Positions 62,887-64,000 of a DNA stretch of 64,000 nt are shown here, one piece after another. Within the stretch, counting starts at the first letter, position 1. Each line of letters starts with the position of its first letter. Under the pieces are notes generated by a model, which had not been told where the DNA came from, did not search any database, and was given only the letters and a program-made list of their open reading frames with translations. The translations under genes were made by a program, and so were the position numbers. Location of the stretch: assembly GCA_963740315.1 (NCBI GenBank), contig CAVUDP010000004.1, positions 640,001 to 704,000 on the forward strand. The letters are read 5' to 3'. Source of the DNA: an uncultured cyanobacterium. Its GTDB lineage: Bacteria; Cyanobacteriota; Cyanobacteriia; Cyanobacteriales; Nostocaceae.

Positions 62887-63579
62887 TTATGGATTAACAT
62901 TAATTCGTCCTCGACAAATAATCTTTCCGGGGATCATGCGTAGGTCTTGAATCTCTACATCTGACCCTAAGTCAATATACTCACCGTCACTACTTTCAAG
63001 CAGAGTATTTGTATTGCTTGTAACAGTTAGAGGTGCGATGCGTAATTCATGGGGGCTGAGTAAGTTTAATCCTATACAAATATCTAAGGGTTGAGGATTG
63101 TTTTCTTCATCCATGATGGCTTCTATTACAAGCCGATTATCTTTAATAGTGACCGATCGCCAACTAGTTGATTTGGAATTAGGTCGCAATTCTGGTAAAA
63201 GTTTAACCAGAAGATCATTTAAAGCTGTTGATAGTAATGTACTAGACAAAGAAGCTGATAAATCTTCTTCGAGTTGACTTATCTCGCCCTCTACGGATAC
63301 TTTTTCTAACAATCGTAACTGTTGTCCTTTGAGAACAGAACCGATATTAATGCGAATATTTTCTGCAACTAGATCGATAAATGATAAATGAAGACCTTGA
63401 TAAACAGCATTTTTTGCAACAATTGATACTGAGGGTATGCAGCCAGAAATAACTTGGCGAGATCCAGCCTGAATATCAACTTGAAGATGCCCTAATTGAC
63501 TTACTTGTGTTCTTAACCACAGCTTAATTGCTGCCGTCAGGACATTTGTAACTAATCTAAACTTATTTTTTTTGAGCAT
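62887..63579 (-). CDS. DUF2993 / LmeA-like lipid-binding-fold protein
   Basis: AIKLWLRTQV...AVYQGLHLS...DLSASLSSTLL...DLGSDVEI resembles DUF2993. Confidence 0.7.
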   Translation of the reverse strand: MLKKNKFRLVTNVLTAAIKLWLRTQVSQLGHLQVDIQAGSRQVISGCIPSVSIVAKNAVYQGLHLSFIDLVAENIRINIGSVLKGQQLRLLEKVSVEGEISQLEEDLSASLSSTLLSTALNDLLVKLLPELRPNSKSTSWRSVTIKDNRLVIEAIMDEENNPQPLDICIGLNLLSPHELRIAPLTVTSNTNTLLESSDGEYIDLGSDVEIQDLRMIPGKIICRGRINVNP

Positions 63580-63723
63580 TTTATAGGTATAAAGATAGTG
63601 GGGGTAGTTAAAAACCAACAACTAAATAAACAAGTATCAACTGTATCAAAACCGCTTTTCATTTACAAAACATCAATACTATATTCTTATTTAGATATGA
63701 ACTGATGGGACATCAGTAAATAC

Positions 63724-64000
63724 ATGGAGGCTAAGTTACAAAAAATTATTTCGCAATGGGGTATTGCCTCGCGTCGTCAAGCAGAAGAAATGATTAAACT
63801 TGAACGGGTGAGGGTAAATGGTGTATTGGCGCACATAGGGCAGAAAGTAAACCCTCAAACGGATATTATTACCGTAGATGGGAAGAGTGTTTCTACTCAA
63901 GAGCGTCCGGTTTTAAATTATTTGTTAATTAATAAACCATCTGGGGTAGTTTCTACGTGTTACGATCCTCAAGGCAGACCAACAGTATTAGATTTATTAC
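63724..64000 (+). CDS. rRNA pseudouridine synthase, RluB/RsuA family (runs off the right edge)
   Basis: Manual translation: MEAKLQKIISQWGIASRRQAEEMI...(S4 domain)...LINKPSGVVSTCYDPQGRPTVLDLL. Confidence 0.9.
   Translation, partial: MEAKLQKIISQWGIASRRQAEEMIKLERVRVNGVLAHIGQKVNPQTDIITVDGKSVSTQERPVLNYLLINKPSGVVSTCYDPQGRPTVLDLL

Overview
A window from an AT-rich cyanobacterial chromosome. Frequent HIP1 GCGATCGC octamers and heptamer STRR arrays point to a heterocyst-forming Nostocales strain; this assignment is inferred. Most of it is conserved housekeeping content: dnaK3-dnaJ, lysA-cdaA-uppS, rimI, clpC, a pknA-like kinase, rplS-tRNA-Trp-secE-nusG-rplKAJL with an L10 leader, two glycosyltransferases, an RND efflux pair, a CpcS-family lyase, flv3-flv1, coaX, argH, larB, ispF, trmD, cphB-cphA, tatA, cbiT, cdsA and a pseudouridine synthase. 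The accessory content is more interesting. (1) An AT-rich three-gene unit (L-amino-acid-ligase-like ATP-grasp enzyme, SAM methyltransferase, divergent Na+/solute symporter) lies between clpC and pknA and is the best candidate for an undescribed small-molecule pathway. (2) Two disrupted paralogous pentapeptide-repeat genes are each followed by the same pair of small repeat elements. (3) At least five families of GTAG-initiated REP/REPIN-like palindromes occur; one has fixed ends, covarying stems and variable loops. (4) Composite intergenic tandem-repeat modules keep a fixed internal polarity, and several supply the C-termini and stop codons of core genes. No CRISPR array, rRNA, integrase or transposase was seen. 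All calls come from motif recognition by eye; no database search was run.
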